Assembly (NCBI GenBank): GCA_963822965.1
Contig: CAWGJT010000005.1
Location: 1,920,001 to 1,984,000, forward strand
Reading direction: 5' to 3'
DNA: 64,000 nt
From: an uncultured delta proteobacterium
Lineage (GTDB): Bacteria > Myxococcota_A > UBA9160 > UBA4427
A model generated the notes under the pieces. That model had not been told where the DNA came from, ran no database searches, and was given only the letters and a program-made list of their open reading frames with translations. Both the position numbers and the translations under genes were made by a program. Positions within the stretch are counted from its first letter, which is position 1, and each line of letters begins with the position of its first letter. Below, in pieces: positions 22,309-30,888 of this stretch.

Positions 22309-22412
22309 CGGAGCCCGGATCCCGCCGGGCCGGGCCGGGTGCCGGACGAGCGGCGGGCTTGCGGGCGAGAGCGAAGGGGCGGCTACCCTGACGACTCCCC
22401 CGGTCCCCGGAA

Positions 22413-23399
22413 GTGCGTCGCTTGCGAGAGCGCCGTCGCCTGCGAGACCGACTGCCCCCGCTCCGGCCCGGACGCTTCGTCGGCTGGCTGGCGAACGGCT
22501 TCGTGGAGCTTGCTGCGCCCCGGCGCTGCGGGGGCTGCGGGGTCGGGTCCGAGCAGGCGCTCTGCCCTCGGTGCCGCGCGCTGCTGGAGCCCGAGCTGCT
22601 CTCCGACGTCTCGATCCCGCACGTCGACGCTTGCGTGGCGGCCGTGGTCTATGGCGGGCCGGCAGCGGACTGGCTCCAGCGCTTCAAGTATCCGCGGCCG
22701 GGTCTGGCCGCTCTCGATCCCGCCCCCATCGGCGTGATGCAGCTTCTCGCCGTGGAGGCGGTGAGCCGCGCACCCGGCGCGGCACCCGCTCTCGTGGTGC
22801 CGGTTCCGTTGCACCCCCGGCGGCTGGGCGCGCGCGGCTTCAACCCCGCGCTGCTGCTGGCACGGGAGGTCGCCCGGGCGACGGACGCCCCCTGCGCACC
22901 GGCCCGGCTGCGTCGCGACCGGGACACACCCAGCCAGACCGGCCTCGATCGGCGCGGCCGCCGGCGCAACGTGGCGGGCGCGTTCTCGTGCCGGGGCCGT
23001 GCACCCGCGAACGTGTGGCTGGTGGACGACGTGGTGACGACGGGCGCGACGCTCTCCGAGTGCGCTCGCGTCTTGCGCCGCGCCGGGGCACGGCGCATCG
23101 TCGCGGTCTGCGCCGCCCGCACGCCACGCGAGCGCCACCCGGACACCGACCCCCCCGGCCGAGCCGACGAGCACCCCGGCGCGAAACCCGACGAGGCTCG
23201 ACCGATGCCGCGCATCAAGCAATCCGTCACGCTGCTGCACCGTCCGAGCCTGGACGAGGAAGCCACCGCCGTCCACTTCGAGGCGGGGGATGCGCTGGAG
23301 ATCCTCGAGGAGTGGGAATCCCACTACCTGTGTCGGCGCCGCGACGATCCCGAAGGACGGCTCTTCAACGTCCGCAAGGAGCTCGTCGATCCGAGCTGA
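22413..23399 (+). CDS. comF: ComF family protein (Zn-finger + PRTase) with an extra C-terminal ~64-aa domain
   Basis: CxxC...CxxC; PVPLH...RGFN; VDDVVTTGATL; in-frame tail starting at ATG 23205. Confidence 0.85.
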   Translation: MRRLRERRRLRDRLPPLRPGRFVGWLANGFVELAAPRRCGGCGVGSEQALCPRCRALLEPELLSDVSIPHVDACVAAVVYGGPAADWLQRFKYPRPGLAALDPAPIGVMQLLAVEAVSRAPGAAPALVVPVPLHPRRLGARGFNPALLLAREVARATDAPCAPARLRRDRDTPSQTGLDRRGRRRNVAGAFSCRGRAPANVWLVDDVVTTGATLSECARVLRRAGARRIVAVCAARTPRERHPDTDPPGRADEHPGAKPDEARPMPRIKQSVTLLHRPSLDEEATAVHFEAGDALEILEEWESHYLCRRRDDPEGRLFNVRKELVDPS

Positions 23400-23405
23400 C
23401 CGGCG

Positions 23406-23574
23406 CTAGAGGCCCGGCCGGAAAGCGTACCGCGGCACCGAGAGCGTCATCTGCGGCGTCCTGGCAAGGCGCGCGACCGAGGCATAGCCGATGCTACGGC
23501 GACGGGAGCGGAACGCAGCCAGGGCGCCGCGGGGGCGCTCGAATGCAGGTCGCACTTTCCGGCCGGGCCTCTAG
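23406..23574. mobile_element. MITE-like element, 169 bp, with 16-bp perfect TIRs flanked by CTAG
   Basis: CTAG-AGGCCCGGCCGGAAAG ... CTTTCCGGCCGGGCCT-CTAG; core 23463-23520 matches the reverse complement of 52664-52719. Confidence 0.85.
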
Positions 23575-23711
23575 CCCGGCAACGGATTGAGCAGCGGCTG
23601 CCATGCCCGGCGGCAGAGCGACTGGCTCGCCGCGAGGGAACGCGCTGATTCCGGCCACTCCCTGCACGCCCGTGGGCCTGATTCCGCCCGTGTTTCGATC
23701 CGTCAGGGTGC

Positions 23712-23727
23712 TGGCACGCTCGATGCA
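23712..23727 (+). promoter_or_regulatory. sigma54 -24/-12 promoter
   Basis: TGGCACG-CTCG-ATGCA with GG-N10-GC spacing, about 70 nt upstream of ATG 23797. Confidence 0.7.
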
Positions 23728-23796
23728 AGAGCCCCCGTTGCGCCCCGGAACCCACGGTAGACCGCTGGCGTCTACCGATGCGAAAGGAAGAGAGCC

Positions 23797-23961
23797 ATGG
23801 GAATGGTTTGCGCTTGGTGCGGCAGTCTTCTGCGCGGAACCACGGGAACCTCGGTTCCCGTCAGTCACGCCCTGTGCCGGGGCTGTCTTGGCGAGCTGCG
23901 GGAAGCGCTCGCCAGCAACGGCCTTCGCGTGCAGGGACGGCCAAACCACCAGCACCGCTGA
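23797..23961 (+). CDS. 54-aa putative zinc-binding microprotein (CAWC...SHALCRGC)
   Basis: Manual translation MGMVCAWCGSLLRGTTGTSVPVSHALCRGCLGELREALASNGLRVQGRPNHQHR; AAGGAAG ribosome-binding site; shorter than any ORF in the track. Confidence 0.8.
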   Translation: MGMVCAWCGSLLRGTTGTSVPVSHALCRGCLGELREALASNGLRVQGRPNHQHR

Positions 23962-24114
23962 GCCTCGCTGGACGCGGCAGCCCACGAGGTCCCCATCCCG
24001 ACGCGCCCCGCCTCCTCGGGCGGGCGGTCGCGGGCAGATCCCGGGGCCACTGCCCGGGGAATCCTCCGGATTTCCCGGCGCCGCGGACCGCGACCCGCTG
24101 CCCGGATCGCGGTC

Positions 24115-24351
24115 CTAGGGCAGCCGCTTCCGGGAGACGCCGCGGGCCCGGACGAGCCGGCCGCGAAGAATCGCGACACCGCTCGCGAAGCTCAGCAGCA
24201 GCGCCGCGATGCCGACCACGTGGATCGGCTCGGTCAGGTAGTGGAGCAGGCTCGTGCCCTCCCCCGCCCGACCGTGTCCCGGGTGCGCCGAGGCCCCCGA
24301 GGCCAGCAGGGTGAGACACGCGAATACGATGAGAACGACCCGGTAGTACAC
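24115..24351 (-). CDS. Small His-containing membrane protein (signal peptide/TM, AHPGHG, second TM)
   Basis: GGGAGG SD; hydrophobic N-terminus ending ASA-HPGHG; LLHYLTEPIH; second hydrophobic helix. Confidence 0.7.
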   Translation of the reverse strand: MYYRVVLIVFACLTLLASGASAHPGHGRAGEGTSLLHYLTEPIHVVGIAALLLSFASGVAILRGRLVRARGVSRKRLP

Positions 24352-24436
24352 GACGAACCCTCCCTGGCTCTTTGCTCCAACGATGCCACAAACCCGGGCC
24401 GGCGTAACCCGGTCCCCGACCCCGGCGCGGGGGGCC

Positions 24437-24826
24437 TCAGGATGGCAGCTCGGACCGGGGCGTGAGCCACTGGTCCGCGTCCTCGTAGGCGCGGAACACC
24501 TTCAGCGAGTCGAAGTGCGCGTCGGCGATCATCTCGAACATGCGGCTGATGCCGAAGATGGCGTCCCGAGGCGCGACGATCGCGCAGCTCCCCCAGCGGA
24601 TGCTCGAGACCAGCCGCCCCACCTCGCTCGCCACCGCTCGCACCTGCTTGTGGTCCGGGAGGTTGGTGATGCCGCTGAGATCGAGCAGCACGTCGAGTCG
24701 GTCGGGACATTCCGGGTCGGCCTCGAGCTGCTTGAAGTGCGCGATCACCTCGTCGAAGGTGACCGGGCCCGTGCAGCGGGTGACGATCTTCCCGCGTCCG
24801 GCGTCGATCTCGTAGTGGACGGGCAC
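24437..24826 (-). CDS. STAS/SEC14 (SpoIIAA-like) small alpha/beta protein
   Basis: G.VTFDE...LLDLS...AIVA...FG..RMF...VF...AxxWL pattern; GGGGAG SD. Confidence 0.7.
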   Translation of the reverse strand: MPVHYEIDAGRGKIVTRCTGPVTFDEVIAHFKQLEADPECPDRLDVLLDLSGITNLPDHKQVRAVASEVGRLVSSIRWGSCAIVAPRDAIFGISRMFEMIADAHFDSLKVFRAYEDADQWLTPRSELPS

Positions 24827-24868
24827 GCTCTCCCCCGGGTAGGTACCGGCGACACCGCCCCGAGTCTA

Positions 24869-25759
24869 TCAGCGCGCGCCGGCCTCCGCGCGCGCGATCA
24901 GTGCGCTGATGCGTTCGACGAGCTGGGGCTGCACGTCGCGCGGCATGTCGTGACCCATCCCCGGCACGAGCAGCAGCTCGGCACCGGGAATGGCGGCGGC
25001 CGTGTCCCGGCCTCCCTCGACGGGCACGAGCGGATCCGCCTCTCCGTGCACCACCAGCGTGGGCAGGTCGAGAGTCCGCAAGGCCGGAACGCGGTTCGGC
25101 TGGGTGAGAATCGCCGCAAGCTGGCGAGCCTGGCCCGAAGGCAGGAAGCAACGGTCGTAGGAGCGTGCCGCCTTGTCGCGCACCCCCGCCTCGTCGAAGG
25201 GGAAGCCCGGGCTCCCGATGATCTTGAAGGTCTCGACCGAGCGCTGGATCGCGTCCTCCCGCTCCGACGGGGGCGGCATGATGAGCCGGGCGGTAACGGC
25301 CGGATCCGCGGCGGGCAGGTCGCGGTTGCCCGTCGTCGACATGATCGAGGTCATGCTGCGAACGCGACCGCGGTGCCGCAGGGCGAGAGTCTGCACGATC
25401 ATGCCGCCCATGGAGGCCCCGCAGACGTGGGCGGAGTCGAGGCCCAGGGCCTCGATCAGCGCCGCCGCGTCGTCCGCCATGTCGTCGAGCGTGTAGGCGG
25501 GCACGGGCGCCTCGGCGGGATTCATCATGAGGTTCATCAGATCCGGCATGCCGGCGTCCTCGAACTTCGTCGAGAGACCCACGTCGCGGTTGTCGTAGCG
25601 GATGACGTAGTGGCCGCGCTCGGCGAGCGCCTCGCAGAACGCCTCGTCCCACAGGACCATCTGCGCGCCGAGCCCCATGGTGAGCAGCAGCGGGCGCTCC
25701 CGCTCGTCTCCGAAGGTCTCGTACTCGAGAGAGATTCCGTTCGCTCGGGCCTGGGGCAC
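24869..25759 (-). CDS. Alpha/beta hydrolase
   Basis: DNRDVGLS, GASMGG nucleophile elbow, HGEADPL and GMGHD motifs. Confidence 0.93.
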   Translation of the reverse strand: MPQARANGISLEYETFGDERERPLLLTMGLGAQMVLWDEAFCEALAERGHYVIRYDNRDVGLSTKFEDAGMPDLMNLMMNPAEAPVPAYTLDDMADDAAALIEALGLDSAHVCGASMGGMIVQTLALRHRGRVRSMTSIMSTTGNRDLPAADPAVTARLIMPPPSEREDAIQRSVETFKIIGSPGFPFDEAGVRDKAARSYDRCFLPSGQARQLAAILTQPNRVPALRTLDLPTLVVHGEADPLVPVEGGRDTAAAIPGAELLLVPGMGHDMPRDVQPQLVERISALIARAEAGAR

Positions 25760-25787
25760 GGGGTCGTCCTCGCTCCCCGGGGCGCGC

Positions 25788-26864
25788 TCAGCGCTCCCGG
25801 TTCCTCTGGCGCCCGATGGTCTCCGCGATCACCTCCCGGAGGCGATCCGGATCGACGGGCTTCTTGAAGATCACGCCCTCGAGACCCTTCAGCCGGGAAC
25901 GCTTGATGATGTGGTCCTTGTCGTAGTGGAAGGCCGTCATCATCAGCACCGGCAGGTCGGGATGGCTCTTCTGGCAGGCCAGGTAGAGCTCGTGACCGTC
26001 CATGTGGGGCATCACGACGTCCGTGAGCATCAGGTCGAAGTGCTGCGATTCGAGCAGGCGCATGGCCTCGAGACCGTCGTTGGCGGTGGCCACCGTGCAG
26101 CCCGCCGCCTCGAGCAGCTCCTTCATGGTGCTGCAGATGCCCAGGTCGTCGTCGACCACCAGGATCGAGAGGCCCTTGAGGCGCGGATCCAGCTCGCCCT
26201 GGGACTGCCGGCTCAGGTCCAGCATGCGGCCGGGGCCCACGTACTTGACCGTCTCGTACTGCTCGCTGGACACCATCTCGGAGAGACGCTCGAGGATGTC
26301 CGTGACCCGCGCGACCTCGCGACGGATCGCGTCGAGGCGCTCGGTCTCGACCGACGAGTCGCGCTCACCGCAGAGCCGGACCACGTCGCCCTCGAGGAGC
26401 GAGACCTGGTTCAGGATCACGGCCAGCGGGTTGTTGATCTCGTGCGAGAGTCCCACGGCCACCTCGCCGAGGGTCGCGAGCTGATCCTTGTGCAGGATCT
26501 CCCGCAGGTCCTTCGCGTAGCCGATGGTGCCGTCCTCCTCGCCATCGTCGTCGTAGATGATGGCGGCGGACATGGCGACCGGGATCTCCTCCTCGTGCTT
26601 GGAGAGGAGCCGCGTCTGGAACGACTCGCAGATGCCCTTGCCCCCGAACTCGGACGAGCGCATGGCCGACATGACGCGCTTCGCCTCGTCGATGTCGGGA
26701 TACAGCATGCCGACGAAATGGCCGACCACCTCGTCGCCGTCGTAGCCGAGGCTGCAGGAGGCTCCGTCGCTGTAGTAGATGACGTTGCCCTGGCGATCGG
26801 TCGCGACCACGATGTCGATCGAGCGGTCGGTCAGTCGCTCGAGATGCTTCCTGGACAGCGCCAT
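25788..26864 (-). CDS. PAS-HisKA(DHp)-receiver protein lacking a HATPase domain
   Basis: N-terminal PAS; SHEINNPL H-box; short linker; then VVDDD...TDVVMP...KKP receiver. Confidence 0.88.
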   Translation of the reverse strand: MALSRKHLERLTDRSIDIVVATDRQGNVIYYSDGASCSLGYDGDEVVGHFVGMLYPDIDEAKRVMSAMRSSEFGGKGICESFQTRLLSKHEEEIPVAMSAAIIYDDDGEEDGTIGYAKDLREILHKDQLATLGEVAVGLSHEINNPLAVILNQVSLLEGDVVRLCGERDSSVETERLDAIRREVARVTDILERLSEMVSSEQYETVKYVGPGRMLDLSRQSQGELDPRLKGLSILVVDDDLGICSTMKELLEAAGCTVATANDGLEAMRLLESQHFDLMLTDVVMPHMDGHELYLACQKSHPDLPVLMMTAFHYDKDHIIKRSRLKGLEGVIFKKPVDPDRLREVIAETIGRQRNRER

Positions 26865-26908
26865 CGCCTACCCGCTTCAAGCCCCATGCCACCCGCCGGG
26901 GGTGGCCT

Positions 26909-27844
26909 CTACTCCAGGCCCTGCTCGGCCAGCCAGCGCTCGGCGTCGATGGCGGCCATGCAGCCGGTTCCGGCGGCCGTGACCGCCTGCCGGTAGACCT
27001 TGTCGGCACAATCGCCGCATGCGAAGACCCCCTCCACGGAGGTTCGCGTCGTTCCCGGAGCCACCCGAACGTAGCCCTGCTCGTCGAGGTCGAGCTGCTC
27101 CTGGAAGAGACTCGTGTTCGGCTGGTGTCCGATCGCGACGAAGAGCGCCTCGGCGGGCAGATCCCGGGTCTTGCCGGTTTGGACATCGGCGACCCGGACC
27201 CCCGTCACGAACTCGTCGCCGAGCACCTCCTGGACCACCGAGTTCCAGAGAAAGTCGATCTTGTCGTGCGCGAGCGCCCGCTCCTGCATGATCTTGGAGG
27301 CGCGGAGCTGTTCTCGCCGGTGGACCACCGTCACCTTCGTGGCGAAGCGGGTGAGGAAGAGGGCCTCCTCCATGGCGGTATCCCCGCCCCCCACGACGAC
27401 CATCGGCTTGCCCTTGAAGAGGGCGCCGTCACAGGTCGCGCAGGCCGAAACCCCGCGGTTCTGAAGGCGAGTTTCGGACTCGAGCCCCAGCCAGCGGGCG
27501 GAGGCGCCGGTGGAGACGAGCACCGCGTCCGCGGTGAAGCGGCGGTCGTCGGTCTCCACCACGAACGGGCGCTGGGTCAGATCCACCCGGGTGGCGTCCT
27601 CGAAGAAGATCTTCGTCCCGAAGCGCTCGGCCTGCTTCTGGAAGTCTTCCATCATCGCGGGACCGGTCACGGACTCGGGGTAGCCCGGGTAGTTCTCGAC
27701 GTCGGTGGTGATCATCAGCTGGCCACCAGCCATCAGGCCCGCCACCACCACCGGCTCGAGACCCGCCCGTGCCGTGTAGATGGCGGCCGTGTAGCCGGCC
27801 GGCCCACTGCCGATGATGAGCACTCGCACGTGCTCGCTCTGCAT
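26909..27844 (-). CDS. trxB: Thioredoxin reductase
   Basis: GSGPAGYTAA, CATCDG, GGGDTAMEEA and YRQAVTAAG motifs. Confidence 0.97.
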   Translation of the reverse strand: MQSEHVRVLIIGSGPAGYTAAIYTARAGLEPVVVAGLMAGGQLMITTDVENYPGYPESVTGPAMMEDFQKQAERFGTKIFFEDATRVDLTQRPFVVETDDRRFTADAVLVSTGASARWLGLESETRLQNRGVSACATCDGALFKGKPMVVVGGGDTAMEEALFLTRFATKVTVVHRREQLRASKIMQERALAHDKIDFLWNSVVQEVLGDEFVTGVRVADVQTGKTRDLPAEALFVAIGHQPNTSLFQEQLDLDEQGYVRVAPGTTRTSVEGVFACGDCADKVYRQAVTAAGTGCMAAIDAERWLAEQGLE

Positions 27845-27976
27845 CCTCGTCTCGCCTCCCGGATCGCGGAGCCGGATGGTAACGCCTCGTCCCCCCACGG
27901 CGAGCCCGACGACAGGGCTCTGCCCGCGGGTCGCGCGCGGGTGCCGGGGGATCCCCGAGATTCCCCAGCCATCCCG

Positions 27977-28012
27977 GCCAGCGGCTAGAGGCCAGCAGCC
28001 AGCGGCTAGAGG
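27977..28012. repeat. 15-bp direct duplication GCCAGCGGCTAGAGG spanning a stop codon
   Basis: Copies at 27977-27991 and 27998-28012. Confidence 0.75.
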
Positions 28013-29700
28013 GGCTCGGTGATCGGCAGCTCCTCCCACATCAGCTGCAGGAAGACGCCGATGAAGAAGGACAGGAAGGTCATCAGCACCACGGCCGACG
28101 GGAAGGCGAGGAAGGGATCGAGTCCCACCACCCGAGGCAGCTCGCCCAGCAGGGGCTCGAGACCCCGCCTCAGCTGTTCCACCGGGATCTCGCCGCCATC
28201 GGGCGACCAGTTGCGGCTCGCCATGATGCCGCCCAGCAGGCTCGTGATCACCATGCCCGCGCCGAAGGCCTCGAGCACGCCGAGCAGGAAGATCGATCGC
28301 GCCCGGGCGAAGGCGAGCTGGGTGTCGCCCAGCCGGCGTTGCACCTCGACGTAGATGTACAGGAGCGTGATCAGGCCCAGCATCACCCCCAGGGTGACGA
28401 CCGTCCCCGCCGAGCGGCTGGCCAGGTCCCACACCTCGTCGATGAAGAGCACCGGCAGGTAGCCGACGATGATCCCCGCGCCGATGCGCGGAACGGCGGC
28501 GTGGAAGAAGGAGAGGTCCCGCTTCCAGCAGAAGCGATAGAGGAGGAACCACACCGCCACGGCGTTGATGATCGCGATCTCCACCGAGCAGACCAGATCG
28601 AAGAGCCAGGGGTTGCGGTCGTAGAGGAAGGCCGCCGCCACGAAGGGCGACGCCATCGCCGCGATGGTGAGCGCGTGGATCCGCGGGGTGTGCCAGGAGA
28701 GCACGGTGCCGTCGTCGCCCTCCCCCCGACCCAGTGACTCCGCGTGATGGATGATCGCCGACGAGTGCCGGATGTCGTACTGGCGCAGGAACCACGCCTC
28801 GAGCTTCTTGAGCAGGCGCTGGCAGTCCCGCGAGTTGCGCCGCAGGAACACCACCAGGTCGCTGCGCCGGTCCAGGCCCGTCGCGCCCGGGCGGACGATC
28901 CCCCGCAGCACCTCGTCCTCGCGGTTCGCGAAGGGAGAGTCCTCCTTCTCGAACGCCTGGTTCTCCTCGTCGAGGCAGACGCCCTCCATCCACAGGTAGA
29001 AGGCGCGTTCCGCCATGCGGACGATCAGACGGTCGACCACCTCCGGATCGCCCGCCTCCAGGGCGTGGAAGAACCCCGACTCGCTGGAGTCGTCGCTCGG
29101 ATCGATGGCGCTCACCTCGCCGGCCACCCAGCGCAGCAGGTACTCGGGGCGCACGCGCTCCGCCAGCAGCACCCGCAGCGAGCGGTAGATCTGCTTGCGC
29201 AGGAGGAAGGACGCCACCCGGATCGAACGCATGTCCGGCAGCTCATGGCTCTCGATGAAGCGCAGCATCAGCTGACAGAGCAGCGCCACGTCCTGGTGGA
29301 GGCGCAGCCGCACCGCCGGGTCGAGATCGGACCGGGTCTCGAGACGGGTGCAGACGCGCACGATGTAGCGCGGCGCCTGGGCGAGCAGTCGGCCCATCAG
29401 CTCCGTGGCGTCCCGCTGGTGCGCGGAGGGCGAAATCAGGCGCGGCTTCCGAAGCAGGTCGTCGAGCTGCAGGGAGAGCTCGGTGGGATCGTGCCGTTCG
29501 CGGTGGAACGAGAAGGTCTCCGGGAACAGGGGCACGAAGCCGTCCCCCCCGTCGCGCTCGAAGCGCACCTGGCGGGCGTGAAACGCGAAGGTGAAGCGCA
29601 GGGTGACGTCGAGGCGCTCGACCCGCAGCTCGAGACGCTCCAGCCCGCCTCGTCCGCTCTCGGCGTCGCTTCGCTGCGGCTCGGCGCTGGCCGACGACAC
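28006..29700 (-). CDS. Hypothetical protein with a large soluble N-terminal domain and about 6 C-terminal TM helices
   Basis: Protein-like composition from GTG 29700, 6 nt after the upstream stop; hydrophobic segments in the last ~230 aa. Confidence 0.8.
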   Translation of the reverse strand: MSSASAEPQRSDAESGRGGLERLELRVERLDVTLRFTFAFHARQVRFERDGGDGFVPLFPETFSFHRERHDPTELSLQLDDLLRKPRLISPSAHQRDATELMGRLLAQAPRYIVRVCTRLETRSDLDPAVRLRLHQDVALLCQLMLRFIESHELPDMRSIRVASFLLRKQIYRSLRVLLAERVRPEYLLRWVAGEVSAIDPSDDSSESGFFHALEAGDPEVVDRLIVRMAERAFYLWMEGVCLDEENQAFEKEDSPFANREDEVLRGIVRPGATGLDRRSDLVVFLRRNSRDCQRLLKKLEAWFLRQYDIRHSSAIIHHAESLGRGEGDDGTVLSWHTPRIHALTIAAMASPFVAAAFLYDRNPWLFDLVCSVEIAIINAVAVWFLLYRFCWKRDLSFFHAAVPRIGAGIIVGYLPVLFIDEVWDLASRSAGTVVTLGVMLGLITLLYIYVEVQRRLGDTQLAFARARSIFLLGVLEAFGAGMVITSLLGGIMASRNWSPDGGEIPVEQLRRGLEPLLGELPRVVGLDPFLAFPSAVVLMTFLSFFIGVFLQLMWEELPITEPL

Positions 29701-29705
29701 GCGAT

Positions 29706-30848
29706 TCAGAGGACCCGCTTGCGCGGATTCTCGCCCGACTCGTAGTAGGTCTCGACGAGACGGTTGAGCTCGGCGACACGAGCCGGCAGGGCATCCGCGT
29801 TGGGCCAGCGCTGGGATGCTACGCGCATGCGATCGAGCAGCAGCTGCGCGTCGGGGTACTCCTCCCGTCCCATCACCTCGTCCACGTCGAGCCAGTTCTG
29901 GATGGCGGTCTGGGTGCGCGACACGCGCTCGTTGAGCTCGGCCATCCGCGGTGACAGCACGCCCAGCTCGCGGGCTTCCCGAGCCAGGTTGCCGAGATCG
30001 GTGACGGCCTGCTCGAGCGCGCCGCGCAGGTCGCCTTCCGTCTGCCCGATGGCCGCCACGATCTCCTCGAAGCGGCGCCGCAGCGGCTCGTGGGAGACCT
30101 CCTTGATGCGAATGACGCTGCCCACCTCGGAGTCGAGGCGCTGGGCGCTGATGCGCACGCGCAGGGGCTTGCCCCGGGACTGCAGCTGCACCTCCTCGAA
30201 CGAGCCCTTGGGCTCGTCGAGCAGACGCATGACCGTGTCCCCGAGGTTCTCGATGCCGAGCTTCTCGAGGATCGACGCGAGGGAGGCGCCGCGCGGATCC
30301 TCGCTCAGGCCGAGGTACTCGCGCGCCGGACGGTTGGCCGCCCGCACGATGCCCTGGGCGTCCACCGCCAGGGCGCCCGTATCGAGGCGGTCCATCACCG
30401 CTTCCAGGAAGAAGTTCGTGTTCCGCAGCTCGGCCACGAGGCGGGTGTTCTCGGTGGCGAGCGAGTGATGATCGACCGCGCGCTTGACGGTCTGCTTCAG
30501 CTCGTCGGGCTCCCACGGCTTGTTCACGTAGGCGTAAATGTGCCCGTCGTTGATGGCCTGGATGGTGGCGTCCGCGTCGGCGAAGCCCGTGAGCATGATG
30601 CGGACCGTCTCCGGATGCCGCTTCGATGCCTCGGCGAGGAACTCGACCCCCGTCATGCCCGGCATGCGCTGGTCGGTGATCACGCAGGCGATGGGCGCCT
30701 TCTCGTCCAGGATCTCGAGCGCCTTGTGGGCGTCCGTCGAGGTGAACACCTCGTAGAGGTCCATGAACGTGTACGACATCGTCTCGAGGATGGCCTCCTC
30801 GTCGTCGACGATCAGGATGCGGGGCCGGTCGTGGCTGTTCATGCCCAT
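29706..30848 (-). CDS. Receiver-PAS-helical domain response regulator
   Basis: IVDDE...TDQRMPGM...NKPW receiver; coiled linker; PAS (GALAVD...ANRPA); unrecognised helical C-terminus. Confidence 0.88.
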   Translation of the reverse strand: MGMNSHDRPRILIVDDEEAILETMSYTFMDLYEVFTSTDAHKALEILDEKAPIACVITDQRMPGMTGVEFLAEASKRHPETVRIMLTGFADADATIQAINDGHIYAYVNKPWEPDELKQTVKRAVDHHSLATENTRLVAELRNTNFFLEAVMDRLDTGALAVDAQGIVRAANRPAREYLGLSEDPRGASLASILEKLGIENLGDTVMRLLDEPKGSFEEVQLQSRGKPLRVRISAQRLDSEVGSVIRIKEVSHEPLRRRFEEIVAAIGQTEGDLRGALEQAVTDLGNLAREARELGVLSPRMAELNERVSRTQTAIQNWLDVDEVMGREEYPDAQLLLDRMRVASQRWPNADALPARVAELNRLVETYYESGENPRKRVL

Positions 30849-30888
30849 GGTTGCTCGAAAGGGTGGGGCCCCCGAAGGACGCAGGAGC

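Noticed and set aside
24373..24388. Fourth sigma54-like site (TGGCATCGTTGGAGCA, minus strand)
   Set aside because: Spacing is correct but the -12 element is poor and the start site would fall within the SD
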